Positions 1 through 8,769 of a stretch of 12,012 nucleotides of DNA are shown piece after piece. Location of the stretch: positions 356,671 to 368,682 of the forward strand of contig JAQGDQ010000107.1 in NCBI GenBank assembly GCA_030141605.1. The letters are read 5' to 3'. The DNA comes from Tubiluchus corallicola. Lineage: Eukaryota > Animalia > Priapulida. The notes under the pieces are model-generated. The model was not told the DNA's origin, ran no database searches, and saw only the letters and a list, made by a program, of their open reading frames with translations. Within the stretch, counting starts at the first letter, position 1; each line of letters begins with the position of its first letter. A program made the position numbers and the translations under genes.

Positions 1-1931
1 CTATGTAATCAGGCTCAGTTATGCACTATATAAGTACTACATAGACTATTTTTATTTATACTAATACTTATTTACAATAATATTACAAGGTTAGACATAC
101 ATGTTGAATGACAATAACAGTACAAAATAAAGATTAGACGTCACATTGGTTTACAATAATAATTGCTAGTTTCTATGTAATCAGGCTCAGTTATGCACTA
201 TATAAGTACTACATAGACTATTTTTATTTATACTAATACTTATTTACAATAATATTACAAGGTTAGACATACATGTTGAATGACAATAACAGTACAAAGT
301 AAAGATTAGACGTCACATTGGTTTACAATAATAATTGCTAGTTTCTATGTAATCAGGCTCAGTTATGCACTATATAAGTACTACATAGACTATTTTTATT
401 TATACTAATACTTATTTACAATAATATTACAAGGTTAGGCATACATGTTGAATGACAATAACAGTACAAAATAAAGATTAGACGTCACATTGGTTTACAA
501 TAATAATTGCTAGTTTCTATGTAATCAGGCTCAGTTATGCACTATATAAGTACTACATAGACTATTTTTATTTATACTAATACTTATTTACAATAATATT
601 ACAAGGTTAGACATACTTGTTGAATGACAATAGCAGTACAAAATAAAGATTAGACGTCACATTGGTTTACAATAATAATTGCTAGTTTCTATGTAATCAG
701 GCTCAGTTATGCACTATATAAGTACTACATAGACTATTTTTATTTATACTAATACTTATTTACAATAATATTACAAGGTTAGACATACATGTTGAATGAC
801 AATAACAGTACAAAATAAAGATTAGACGTCACATTGGTTTACAATAATAATTGCTAGTTTCTATGTAATCAGGCTCAGTTATGCACTATATAAGTACTAC
901 ATAGACTATTTTTATTTATACTAATACTTATTTACAATAATATTACAAGGTTAGACATACATGTTGAATGACAATAACAGTACAAAATAAAGATTAGACG
1001 TCACATTGGTTTACAATAATAATTGCTAGTTTCTATGTAATCAGGCTCAGTTATGCACTATATAAGTACTACATAGACTATTTTTATTTATACTAATACT
1101 TATTTACAATAATATTACAAGGTTAGACATACATGTTGAATGACAATAACAGTACAAAATAAAGATTAGACGTCACATTGGTTTACAATAATAATTGCTA
1201 GTTTCTATGTAATCAGGCTCAGTTATGCACTATATAAGTACTACATAGACTATTTTTATTTATACTAATACTTATTTACAATAATATTACAAGGTTAGAC
1301 ATACATGTTGAATGACAATAACAGTACAAAATAAAGATTAGACGTCACATTGGTTTACAATAATAATTGCTAGTTTCTATGTAATCAGGCTCAGTTATGC
1401 ACTATATAAGTACTACATAGACTATTTTTATTTATACTAATACTTATTTACAATAATATTACAAGATTAGACATACTTGTTGAATGACAATAACAGTACA
1501 AAATAAAGATTAGACGTCACATTGGTTTACAATATTGCTAGCTTTCTATGTAATCAGGCTCAGTTATGCACTATATAAGTACTACATAGACTATTTTTAT
1601 TTATACTAATACTTATTTACAATAATATTACAAGATTAGACATACATGTTGAATGACAATAACAGTACAAAATAAAGTTAGACGTCACATTGGTTTACAA
1701 TAATAATTGCTAGTTTCTATGTAATCAGGCTCAGTTATACTATATAAGTACTACATAGACTATTTTTATTTATACTAATACTTATTTACAATAATATTAC
1801 AAGGTTAGACATACATGTTGAATGACAATAACAGTACAAAATAAAGATTAGACGTCACATTTGTTTACAATAATAATTGCTAGTTTCTATGTAATCAGGC
1901 TCAGTTATGCACTATATAAGTACTACATAGA
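1..1931. repeat. 172-bp tandem satellite/minisatellite, about 11.2 near-identical copies, open at the window start
   Basis: CTATGTAATCAGGCTCAG recurs at 1, 173, 345, 517, 689, 861, 1033 and so on (period 172). The first 8 units differ only by scattered substitutions; small indels appear in units 9-11. The array ends after TACATAGA at 1931. Confidence 0.98.
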
Positions 1932-2146
1932 GAACATTATAAAATGAACCTCTATGTAACCATATATGGGGAAAAACCCGTACCTAGTATTTTACAACCC
2001 ACTCGGGTTTTTTTCAGGGAACTATCCCCTGCCTTTTGCCACTTATCATATGCATTAAGCGATTACGTAGTTCATGAGCCGGAGATAAAAATCACTTGGC
2101 CTTAAAGTTAATCGTTATACAATTAATCTGCAGAAGAGAACGTTCT

Positions 2147-2212
2147 TACTATGTACAGAACACTCATATACTATGTACAGAACACTCATATACTATGTAC
2201 AGAACGCTTATA
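2147..2212. repeat. 22-bp tandem repeat, about 3 copies (TACTATGTACAGAACACTCATA)
   Basis: Units start at 2147, 2169 and 2191; the third diverges at its end. Confidence 0.9.
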
Positions 2213-2245
2213 GGCTTATGGTAGGACAAATCGGTTCTTTGGTCA

Positions 2246-2475
2246 GACGGTTTAGTCTAGTGGTAATGCGTCTGCTTTCCGTCTGGGAGGTCGTGAGTTC
2301 GAACCAGCAGTCAGGTCGTACCAAAGACTTTAAAAGTGGTACGTGCTTTGCTCTGCCTGACGCGTGGTATTTAGGGTAAAAGTGGGGTATTATAGGCGGC
2401 GATAATAGCTCTTTGAGCTAATTTTAATTGTTGACCCAAAAGCCGACTTTAAATAAAGATTATTATTATTATTAT
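2246..2475 (+). mobile_element. tRNA-derived SINE (SINE2), possibly with a Meta/MESC-type core
   Basis: A-box TAGTCTAGTGG (2253-2263), B-box GTTCGAACC (2297-2305), central GGTCGTACCAAAGACTTTAAAAGTGGTAC segment, and an AATAAA plus (ATT)n tail to 2475. The core-family assignment is from memory, not from a search. Confidence 0.8.
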
Positions 2476-2640
2476 CTAGTGTTAACTTTATAGATACACA
2501 ATAAATGTCCCATCAGATATACGTTTCCGACAATTGAGATTGTGAGAAATACCCATGTTGTTCTCAAGCGCATTAAAATTCCAGTGCTGTCAGTTTAATT
2601 TCTGAGGCTGTGAGCAGCATATGAAACAGGTCAAGATCGC

Positions 2641-2654
2641 GGGGGGGGGGGGGG
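2641..2654 (+). repeat. poly-G tract (G14)
   Basis: Uninterrupted run of 14 G. Confidence 0.9.
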
Positions 2655-3066
2655 CAGACCTTTACTGTTTTAGACTACCTTCAGTATGCTGAGATTAGTT
2701 GCAACTGCCGAAATTTGATTGTAGTATACAAGTGTCCATTTTTCTGCCAATATTTTTATACTGTTACTGACATTAAGGCTGGTGTTATGCCACCTGGGCA
2801 CAGATTCTGTCAAATTATTTAATCGACAGAAGACAAATTATATAATATATGTCTGTGCACGTGAAAAATTAAATATTTTATATGTCTCGCAGAGCCCATT
2901 TTTTGGTAGCCAATATTCCCTTGAATGTAAATCAGGGTTTTGGCCGCTGCATTTATGAAATTATATAATACATTACATAAACTATTTTCGCTACATCATG
3001 CTAATTTAATTTTACACATAAAATATCTATTTCTCTGTGAACTTTTATTTGTTCATTGTTTTCCAG

Positions 3067-3986
3067 GAGACGCTGTCTGAAATTCCATCTCTGGCGCAGC
3101 TGGTGTTTGACGAATGCGAATGTGCTACAGACATTGCTCTGCACACCTTCCTGCAGTACCTTAACCCAGAACTACGCTCCTTCTGCGCTCGAGAGACGCC
3201 CCTCAACAATGCTGCCATGGAAATGATCACCTCTCATTGCCACATGCTACACAACGTCAAGCTGGTCGACTGCCATATGACCAATGAGAGAACCTTGAAA
3301 ATGCTGGGCAGAAACTGCAAGGAGCTAAAGTCCTTGGGGATTTTCTTCACAGAACCATCAGAAGCATGGCTTGTCGAGGACATTCTCAGCATCGTGGTCA
3401 AGTCGATATCCTCTGAGCTCGTGTCCCTTTCGCTTGTGGGTTTCAATAGCATACGCGATTACAGCGTCGAGTACCTGTCGGAATGCTATAGCAATACCTT
3501 GTGCACCATAGACCTGAGCAAATGCCGGACGTTGAGCGACAGTGGCCTAACAGCACTCGTCACCAACTGCAAATTCTTGAGAGACATTGGCATAAACGGG
3601 TGTGACGTGTCCGATCAGGGCGTGAAGACATTGGCAGACAAATGTAACAGACGTCTTCATGATCTAAATATCGGTAATACGCGAATTACTGATGCAGCTG
3701 TGATACGAATAGCAGAAAAGTGCATCAAACTGGCTGGAATTAACTGTGATAATTGTAGAAACATATCAGACGCATCCTTGCACGCTCTGGCGAAACATTG
3801 TCTGCTGTTAGAAAGCATAAACTTCAGCAACACGCTTATTGAGAAGATACCTGTGCTGGTGATGCGCTTGCAGAGACTTCGAAGACTGGTGATATCAAAC
3901 TGCAACAGCCTTTCTTATCCGCCAAAACAGTTTTTGACGTTGGAAGGCATCAAACAGTTTTACAGTGATAGCCAGCTGGATTATCG
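3067..3986 (+). CDS. Internal coding exon A of a Roco-family protein: cysteine-containing (FBXL/AMN1-like) LRR array plus pre-Roc linker
   Basis: Acceptor ttgttttccag|GAG (phase 0) and donor TATCG|gtaggt (phase 2). Roughly 26-aa repeats such as LCTIDLSKCRTLSDSGLTALVTNC, LRDIGINGCDVSDQGVKTLADKC, LHDLNIGNTRITDAAVIRIAEKC and LAGINCDNCRNISDASLHALAKHC. Ends with LSYPPKQFLTLEGIKQFY, resembling the LRR-to-Roc linker. GC content is higher than in the flanks. Confidence 0.92.
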
Positions 3987-4150
3987 GTAGGTAAATCGCC
4001 AACAACATTTTAATTTAAAGCCGATTGAAGTTAAGTATCATATACAACTAAGGTTCCGCTTATGTTTGTGTTACGATTCTTGCGATGATTCAGTGATAGC
4101 TTTCTTGCTTTTATGTGGGTTTGGCTGTGTCTTTGTAAGATGACCGTATA

Positions 4151-4357
4151 CGTAGTACTTTATGCGTACAGTATGCGTAGTACTTTATGCGTACAGTATG
4201 CGTAGTACTTTATGCGTACAGTATGCGTAGTACTTTATGCGTACAGTATGCGTAGTACTTTATGCGTACAGTATGCGTAGTACTTTATGCGTACAGTATG
4301 CGTAGTACTTTATGCGTATGCGTAGTACTTTATGCGTACAGTATGCGTAGTACTTTA
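4151..4357. repeat. 25-bp intronic minisatellite (CGTAGTACTTTATGCGTACAGTATG), about 8.4 copies
   Basis: Units start at 4151, 4176, 4201, 4226, 4251, 4276, 4301, 4321 (preceded by a 5-bp deletion) and 4346. Confidence 0.96.
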
Positions 4358-5009
4358 CCATGTTTATCTTCAAGTCACTTGACTTGCTTTGCCGTATTTT
4401 GGGGATTTTAGGCATTTAGATTAAACAGCTAGCTAATTCACATCATCACTATTAAATTCATTGTTTTGATGAGCATATTGCAAATTTTTTACTGCGTCCG
4501 CACTAAAGCAGCTTACTCCTTGGACTTTTATATAATATTTGCTTTATCTCAACTGTCTATTTCACCGAATTTAAATTTGACTAGTTTATTCTCTTGTACT
4601 TTCTTGTGCCTGGCAGCTATGTAGATTTACGAAAATCTTTAAAACTATTGTTGCCATGAAGAAAGTTTATAGCCCATGTTATATAGGTGTTTTATAATAT
4701 AGGTATAATTAATGCACTGAGCCCGAGTGAAAATTTATAACGCAATAAATCACTAAATTGTCTTAGGCGGACAGACATTTCGCGCCATCGACCTTCCAAA
4801 GAAATTTGAACGATGTAGTTCGAACAAGTTACGTACTTGTATGACAGTTTAAATTACAATAACAACGGGTTATTTTAGCGTTTTCTAGACGGAAACGGCC
4901 TTTTTGGTCACTTAGCCGTTTCGTTCCAAAACACCTCGGTGTTTTATAACTTCTCGACCTTGAAATATAATTCTAAGATGTTTACGTATATATATACGAT
5001 AACACAGAT

Positions 5010-5468
5010 ATTATTATTATTATTATTATGAGTTTATTTCGTATAAAAATATACAGTTACAAAGATAAAGATGTTAATAAAACAGGTAATGCGATGTTAG
5101 TAAAGTAACATATCTACAGACATTCAACTTTGTAATAACCACAAATTGTAGTTCCCTTGCAATTATATTACATTATACAGTGTTGTAAGGAGCTATAATA
5201 GATATCTTAAAACATAATCTTTAAATGAGTTCTTAACCTTTAATTTTACATTTTCGTTTAGATCTACAGTACAACCATATTTAAATCTTAAATTTACTCG
5301 ACTGTTATTTACATAATAGCATAGCTTTGGAATTCTCAATGTGCAAGAGTTTACAATTTTTCTCACAAAGTTTAATTTTCGACTATCTATTAAATAATTC
5401 GCAGGCATTGTGCCACAAAAATACATTAACAATTTGACGCTTTCATTTTGTCTAAAACCGAAAACCGA
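5010..5468 (-). mobile_element. 5'-truncated non-LTR retrotransposon (LINE) 3' end with (TAA)n tail
   Basis: The minus-strand frame reads VFGFRQNESVKLLMYFCGTMPANYLIDSRKLNFVRKI... to the stop at 5193, resembling a LINE ORF2 C-terminus (RTEX-like, from memory). It is followed by a 3' UTR, AATAAA (reverse complement of 5034-5039) and (TAA)n (about 5010-5029). Confidence 0.6.
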
Positions 5469-5550
5469 TTATTGAAATTTAGAACAGTTTTAAGGAATTT
5501 TAGGGTACTGTGGGCTTATAAATGTAACAAGTGTGCTGTGCATATTTTAG

Positions 5551-5696
5551 GTTGAAAGTGATTGTAATGGGTGCGTCTATGAGCGGAAAGACCAGCATGG
5601 TTTCCTCCCTGCTCAATGATCGTCCCACTCAGGTGGAAACCCCAACACACGGAGTAAATGTCATAACATGGAGGTGTTTCAGCGAAAATGGAAACG
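5551..5696 (+). CDS. Coding exon B: Roc GTPase P-loop (G1) and switch I (G2)
   Basis: Acceptor atattttag|G completes CG+G = Arg. Reads RLKVIVMGASMSGKTSMVSSLLNDRPTQVETPTHGVNVITWRCFSENGN, with GxxxxGKT/S and TxGV. Donor AACG|gtacat (phase 1). Not in the ORF track. Confidence 0.92.
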
Positions 5697-5831
5697 GTAC
5701 ATAAACTGTTTTGCTTTTATCACACACCACAAGCGCGCAGTAAATGGAGTAAAATATTGGGGTGTCACATTTTTATATGACATTAAACTCAGTATGAACT
5801 GAAAATAGACAATAAAACAAGACATCACTGT

Positions 5832-6847
5832 CAGGGCTAGATTATGTCCTTTCGGGGCGCCTATGCTAATGAAATTATGGGGCCCCCTCAGACGGAGCCA
5901 TCCTCTAACTCGCCCGTCTTGAATATTTTTTACTCGTGACATATTTCAGCCACATTTACACAGCCTGACGTAAACTTACTGCAAATTCAATATATAAAGT
6001 AGAATAAAAATTCAGTAACTTTTGTTTGTCAATAAAAACATTCTTTAAGAAATACATCTACTTTGTTTGAATTATGAATTTATTCCACAGCAACTCAAAC
6101 ATGCATACAAGTTGTTATTACATTGAAAAAGATAAACTATGCGAGTTACTGTGAGGAGGGGAAGGAGCATTGAGCTTTTGAGTCCTCCTCCAGATAAGTG
6201 AAACAATTGACAATTAACATTGCATTTTCATCAGTTATAACGTACATTAGAACAAAATAAGTTTTGTTAGTAAGTTAAGGTCAGGATGAGTAAAATTGTG
6301 AGTTAATTATACCGTTGTAGTAAGTAATTCTTTGATGCTTTTTTAAATTGATAAAGATTAAGAGTTTTCATTTCACGCGGAATTGATGACCATATTTTAA
6401 TAGCATTATATTTTGATGACTGTTTCATTATATTTGTTTTTGGAAGGGGGAGTACATAGTTCCCGACTGAATATCTTGTGTAATGATCATGTTGATTTGA
6501 AACTGGACTAAAGTATGACTGAAAAGCTGGTGGAAGTAGTGAATTATGATACTGATACATGAAATGAAGACAATACATGTCATATATTTCTTTCACTTTA
6601 AGAGTTTTAACAGACAAGTAAATTATATTTGTGGGATGGTCATACCTTACATGATATATTAGTTTCAGAATTTTGTTCTGGGTAATTTTGAATTGCATTC
6701 GAAATACTATTTATTGCAAATCAAATTAGTTCATATTTCAACGTAACCGTAGTGAAAAAACACATTTTTTTCACCAAGTGTTAGCAAAACTTGAGGCCCC
6801 AAGCTTGAAGCGTCCTAGGCTGTAGCCTGCAGGGTAATCCAGTCTTG
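5832..6847. mobile_element. Degenerate non-autonomous hAT-like DNA element (MITE) interrupted by a LINE
   Basis: Imperfect TIRs CAGGGCTAGATTA (5832-5844) and TAATCCAGTCTTG (6835-6847; 10/13 match). Subterminal GGGGCGCC/GGGGCCCC/GAGGCCCC motifs. Partial 8-bp TSD ATCACTGT (5824-5831) vs ATCACACA (6848-6855). Confidence 0.6.
6070..6698 (-). mobile_element. 5'-truncated LINE (CR1/L2 group, Crack/Daphne-like): ORF2 C-terminus plus 3' UTR
   Basis: ORF 6303-6698 contains FMYQYHNSLLPPAF..HDHYTR..KYNAIKIWSSIP..FKK, the typical post-RT C-terminus (HxYxTR, WNxLP-like). Minus-strand AATAAA at about 6079-6084. Confidence 0.85.
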
Positions 6848-7049
6848 ATCACACAGTGCAGTATAATACAATCCATTTATTAACCCAATCAAATATTTGA
6901 GATTTTTATTCTTTTTGCCACAGTCTAACAAAGCCGTAACTGAAACTTCATTTACATAATAGCATTTTAGAACACAGCAAGTTAAATTGTAACACGGTTT
7001 TCGAATGGATATTTGTGAATAAGAACAAACCACGCTAAGGATTCTGCTA

Positions 7050-7602
7050 GGGCTCCGACGTTTTTATTTAAATACATCAACAATATTAACACGCCCTTCA
7101 TCAAAAATAAGCTTCCACTCCTCTTGGAGCCAACATTAAATCCAAGAACACACAATATTAAACAAACACGCACTAATAACAAATACGGCAACAATTCTAT
7201 CACTGAACAAGAAGTTCAGCTTTGGAATACCCTGCCATCAAATTTAAAACAAATCAAGTCTTTCGACGAATTCGAATCAAAATTAAAAATACATACATTA
7301 AATCGTTTTGAAAACCCAACATACGTAAACGATAATATATATTCATCCACAAATTTTATTTACCCGCGTCCATTTTAAATTGTATGTATATATTGCATAT
7401 AGTCTATTATAATTTCCGTGTAATATTATAATGTACATTTTGTTTTAAATTTTTGGCACAGTAGTTTTTAGTTTCCACTGGACTCATTTGCCTTTAACAG
7501 TTGTGTGAATTTTATTCTCATGCTGCGATGTTCTTTTATGCTTTTATAATTATGAATATCGATTTTTTATGGCAAATAAAGTTTATTATATATATATATA
7601 TA
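7050..7602 (+). mobile_element. Degenerate 5'-truncated LINE (CR1/L2 group) 3' end
   Basis: ORF 7124-7378 contains RTNNKYGNNSI..QLWNTLPSNLKQIKSFDEFESKLK (WNxLP motif). T-rich 3' UTR, AATAAA at 7575-7580, then an (AT)n tail. The 5' boundary is approximate. Confidence 0.75.
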
Positions 7603-7664
7603 TCCTACTAATCCTACGATTGTTGCTGCTTTTATATGTTTTTTCTTTTCTGGAAATTTTTCAG

Positions 7665-7858
7665 CAAGCTTAGTGGGTCGTTCTCTGACGCAGTCCGAAA
7701 GAGAGCTAACCTTGGAGATATGGGACTTGTCAGGAAGAGAAATTTACCAGGGTGTGAATCAGTTTCTTCTTACACAGGGAGCACTCTTTGTGGTCGTATT
7801 TAGCTTGACCGATGGTCATCATGCAATTGAGCAATATATAAACGCCATACAAGCCAAG
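7665..7858 (+). CDS. Coding exon C: Roc switch II (G3) region
   Basis: Acceptor aatttttcag|CA completes G+CA = Ala (phase 1). Reads ASLVGRSLTQSERELTLEIWDLSGREIYQGVNQFLLTQGALFVVVFSLTDGHHAIEQYINAIQAK, matching the Roc WDxxG....F.T..AL...V pattern. Donor AAG|gtaaaa (phase 0). Confidence 0.93.
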
Positions 7859-7980
7859 GTAAAACAGGTGAATGGGGGACTTGCAATTAATAAATATAAA
7901 GTCATAATTATAGAATTGGGCTTTATTAATTATTTATAATCTTAATTTCAAGTTTATTATTAAAGATTGAAGAAACCTAC

Positions 7981-8092
7981 ATACATTTTGACATCAAACT
8001 CACTCGAAAGAAAGTCGGGACAAACCTAGATTTGAACCAGGGTCCTCTCGCTTACAAAACGAACATCGTGACAATCAGACAACCATGCCCCC
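7981..8092 (-). pseudogene. tRNA-derived element or tRNA pseudogene (TGT anticodon-like loop), copy 1
   Basis: Reverse complement reads GGGCATG..GTC..GAT..TTCGT-TTTGTAA-GCGAG-AGGAC-CCTGG-TTCAAAT-CTAGG-TTTGTCC. T arm and anticodon arm pair; the D-loop lacks GG. Confidence 0.65.
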
Positions 8093-8301
8093 AGTGTCAG
8101 TAATCACTGACGTAACCCACTCGGTGTAGTCTGCCAGCAATTCAGCATTTCTAAGTCAGTTGTCTCATGGTAGGTAATTACGAATCAATCAAATTAAGTA
8201 GTTCTAATTATTTCAGTAGTAAATAAATTCCAAAAAATAATCAAATTAACCTATATATTATATATTATATTATATTATATATATATATTAATAAAAATTA
8301 C

Positions 8302-8304
8302 TAC

Positions 8305-8337
<33 letters not shown>

Positions 8338-8342
8338 CACGT

Positions 8343-8378
<36 letters not shown>

Positions 8379-8380
8379 AT
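8302..8380. repeat. Compound (AT)n/(TG)n/(CG) microsatellite, fully alternating purine-pyrimidine
   Basis: tacatatatatatgtgtg...gtgcacgtgtgtgcgtgtgcgcgtgtgcgtgtgcgtgtgtgtat with no break in R/Y alternation. Confidence 0.9.
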
Positions 8381-8633
8381 TGTTAGGGGGGCAAAATGCC
8401 ATTTATTTTCGACCCCCTCTACATTGTGATGGTTCGATCCATTACGAAGCCATTGCATATCAGCATTGCATAGCAGCTATAAGTAGCTGGTATGGAATGG
8501 CCTCGGCGGTAGTCAAGATCAGCATGAGAAATTCAGGAAAAGATTCTTGCTAGTTTTCATCTTAATTTTCTGTTTAATTTTTTTATATTTCTTCTCTATT
8601 TTCACATCTACAACATTTGTCTGCAACATGGTT

Positions 8634-8664
8634 TGGCTGATCCAGATTTGAACCCTGGACCTCT
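8634..8664 (-). pseudogene. Fragment resembling the 3' half of a tRNA (B-box)
   Basis: Reverse complement AAGAGGTCCAGGGTTCAAATCTGGATCAGCC resembles the variable loop, T arm and acceptor 3' strand of a tRNA-Pro-like body. Confidence 0.4.
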
Positions 8665-8769
8665 TAGCCGCCTCCGCAACAATATGTAGCATGAAATACA
8701 TTAACCGACGAATTGATTAGCCATCAATAGGGATTGAAATCATGGAATTAACATCCGTCATGATGACCA

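Noticed and set aside
138-200. CRE-like GACGTCA, inverted CCAAT (ATTGG) and TATATAA in each satellite unit as a multimerised promoter
   Set aside because: Short motifs like these are expected by chance in AT-rich DNA, and there is no independent evidence of a start site.
1-1931. Regular array as a CRISPR-like locus
   Set aside because: Whole 172-bp units are near-identical with no unique spacers, there are no cas genes, and the context is eukaryotic.
2173-2379. 68-aa ORF
   Set aside because: It spans a tandem repeat and the SINE and has no coding signature.
3037-3066. GTG start of the 317-aa ORF (MNFYLFIVFQ)
   Set aside because: This is the polypyrimidine tract and acceptor of an intron; the exon starts at 3067.
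3045-3905. Three minus-strand ORFs (61, 72 and 82 aa)
   Set aside because: They are antisense shadows of the LRR exon with no recognisable motifs.
5672-5679. Alternative donor AG|GTGTTT within exon B
   Set aside because: It would give phase 2, which is incompatible with the phase-1 acceptor at 7665.
7859-7939. C-terminal tail of ORF 7673-7939 (VKQVNGG...)
   Set aside because: This is read-through past the AAG|GTAAAA donor into AT-rich intron, and Roc similarity stops at the donor.
8317-8553. 78-aa ORF beginning MCVCVCV
   Set aside because: It is a translation artefact of the (TG)n microsatellite.
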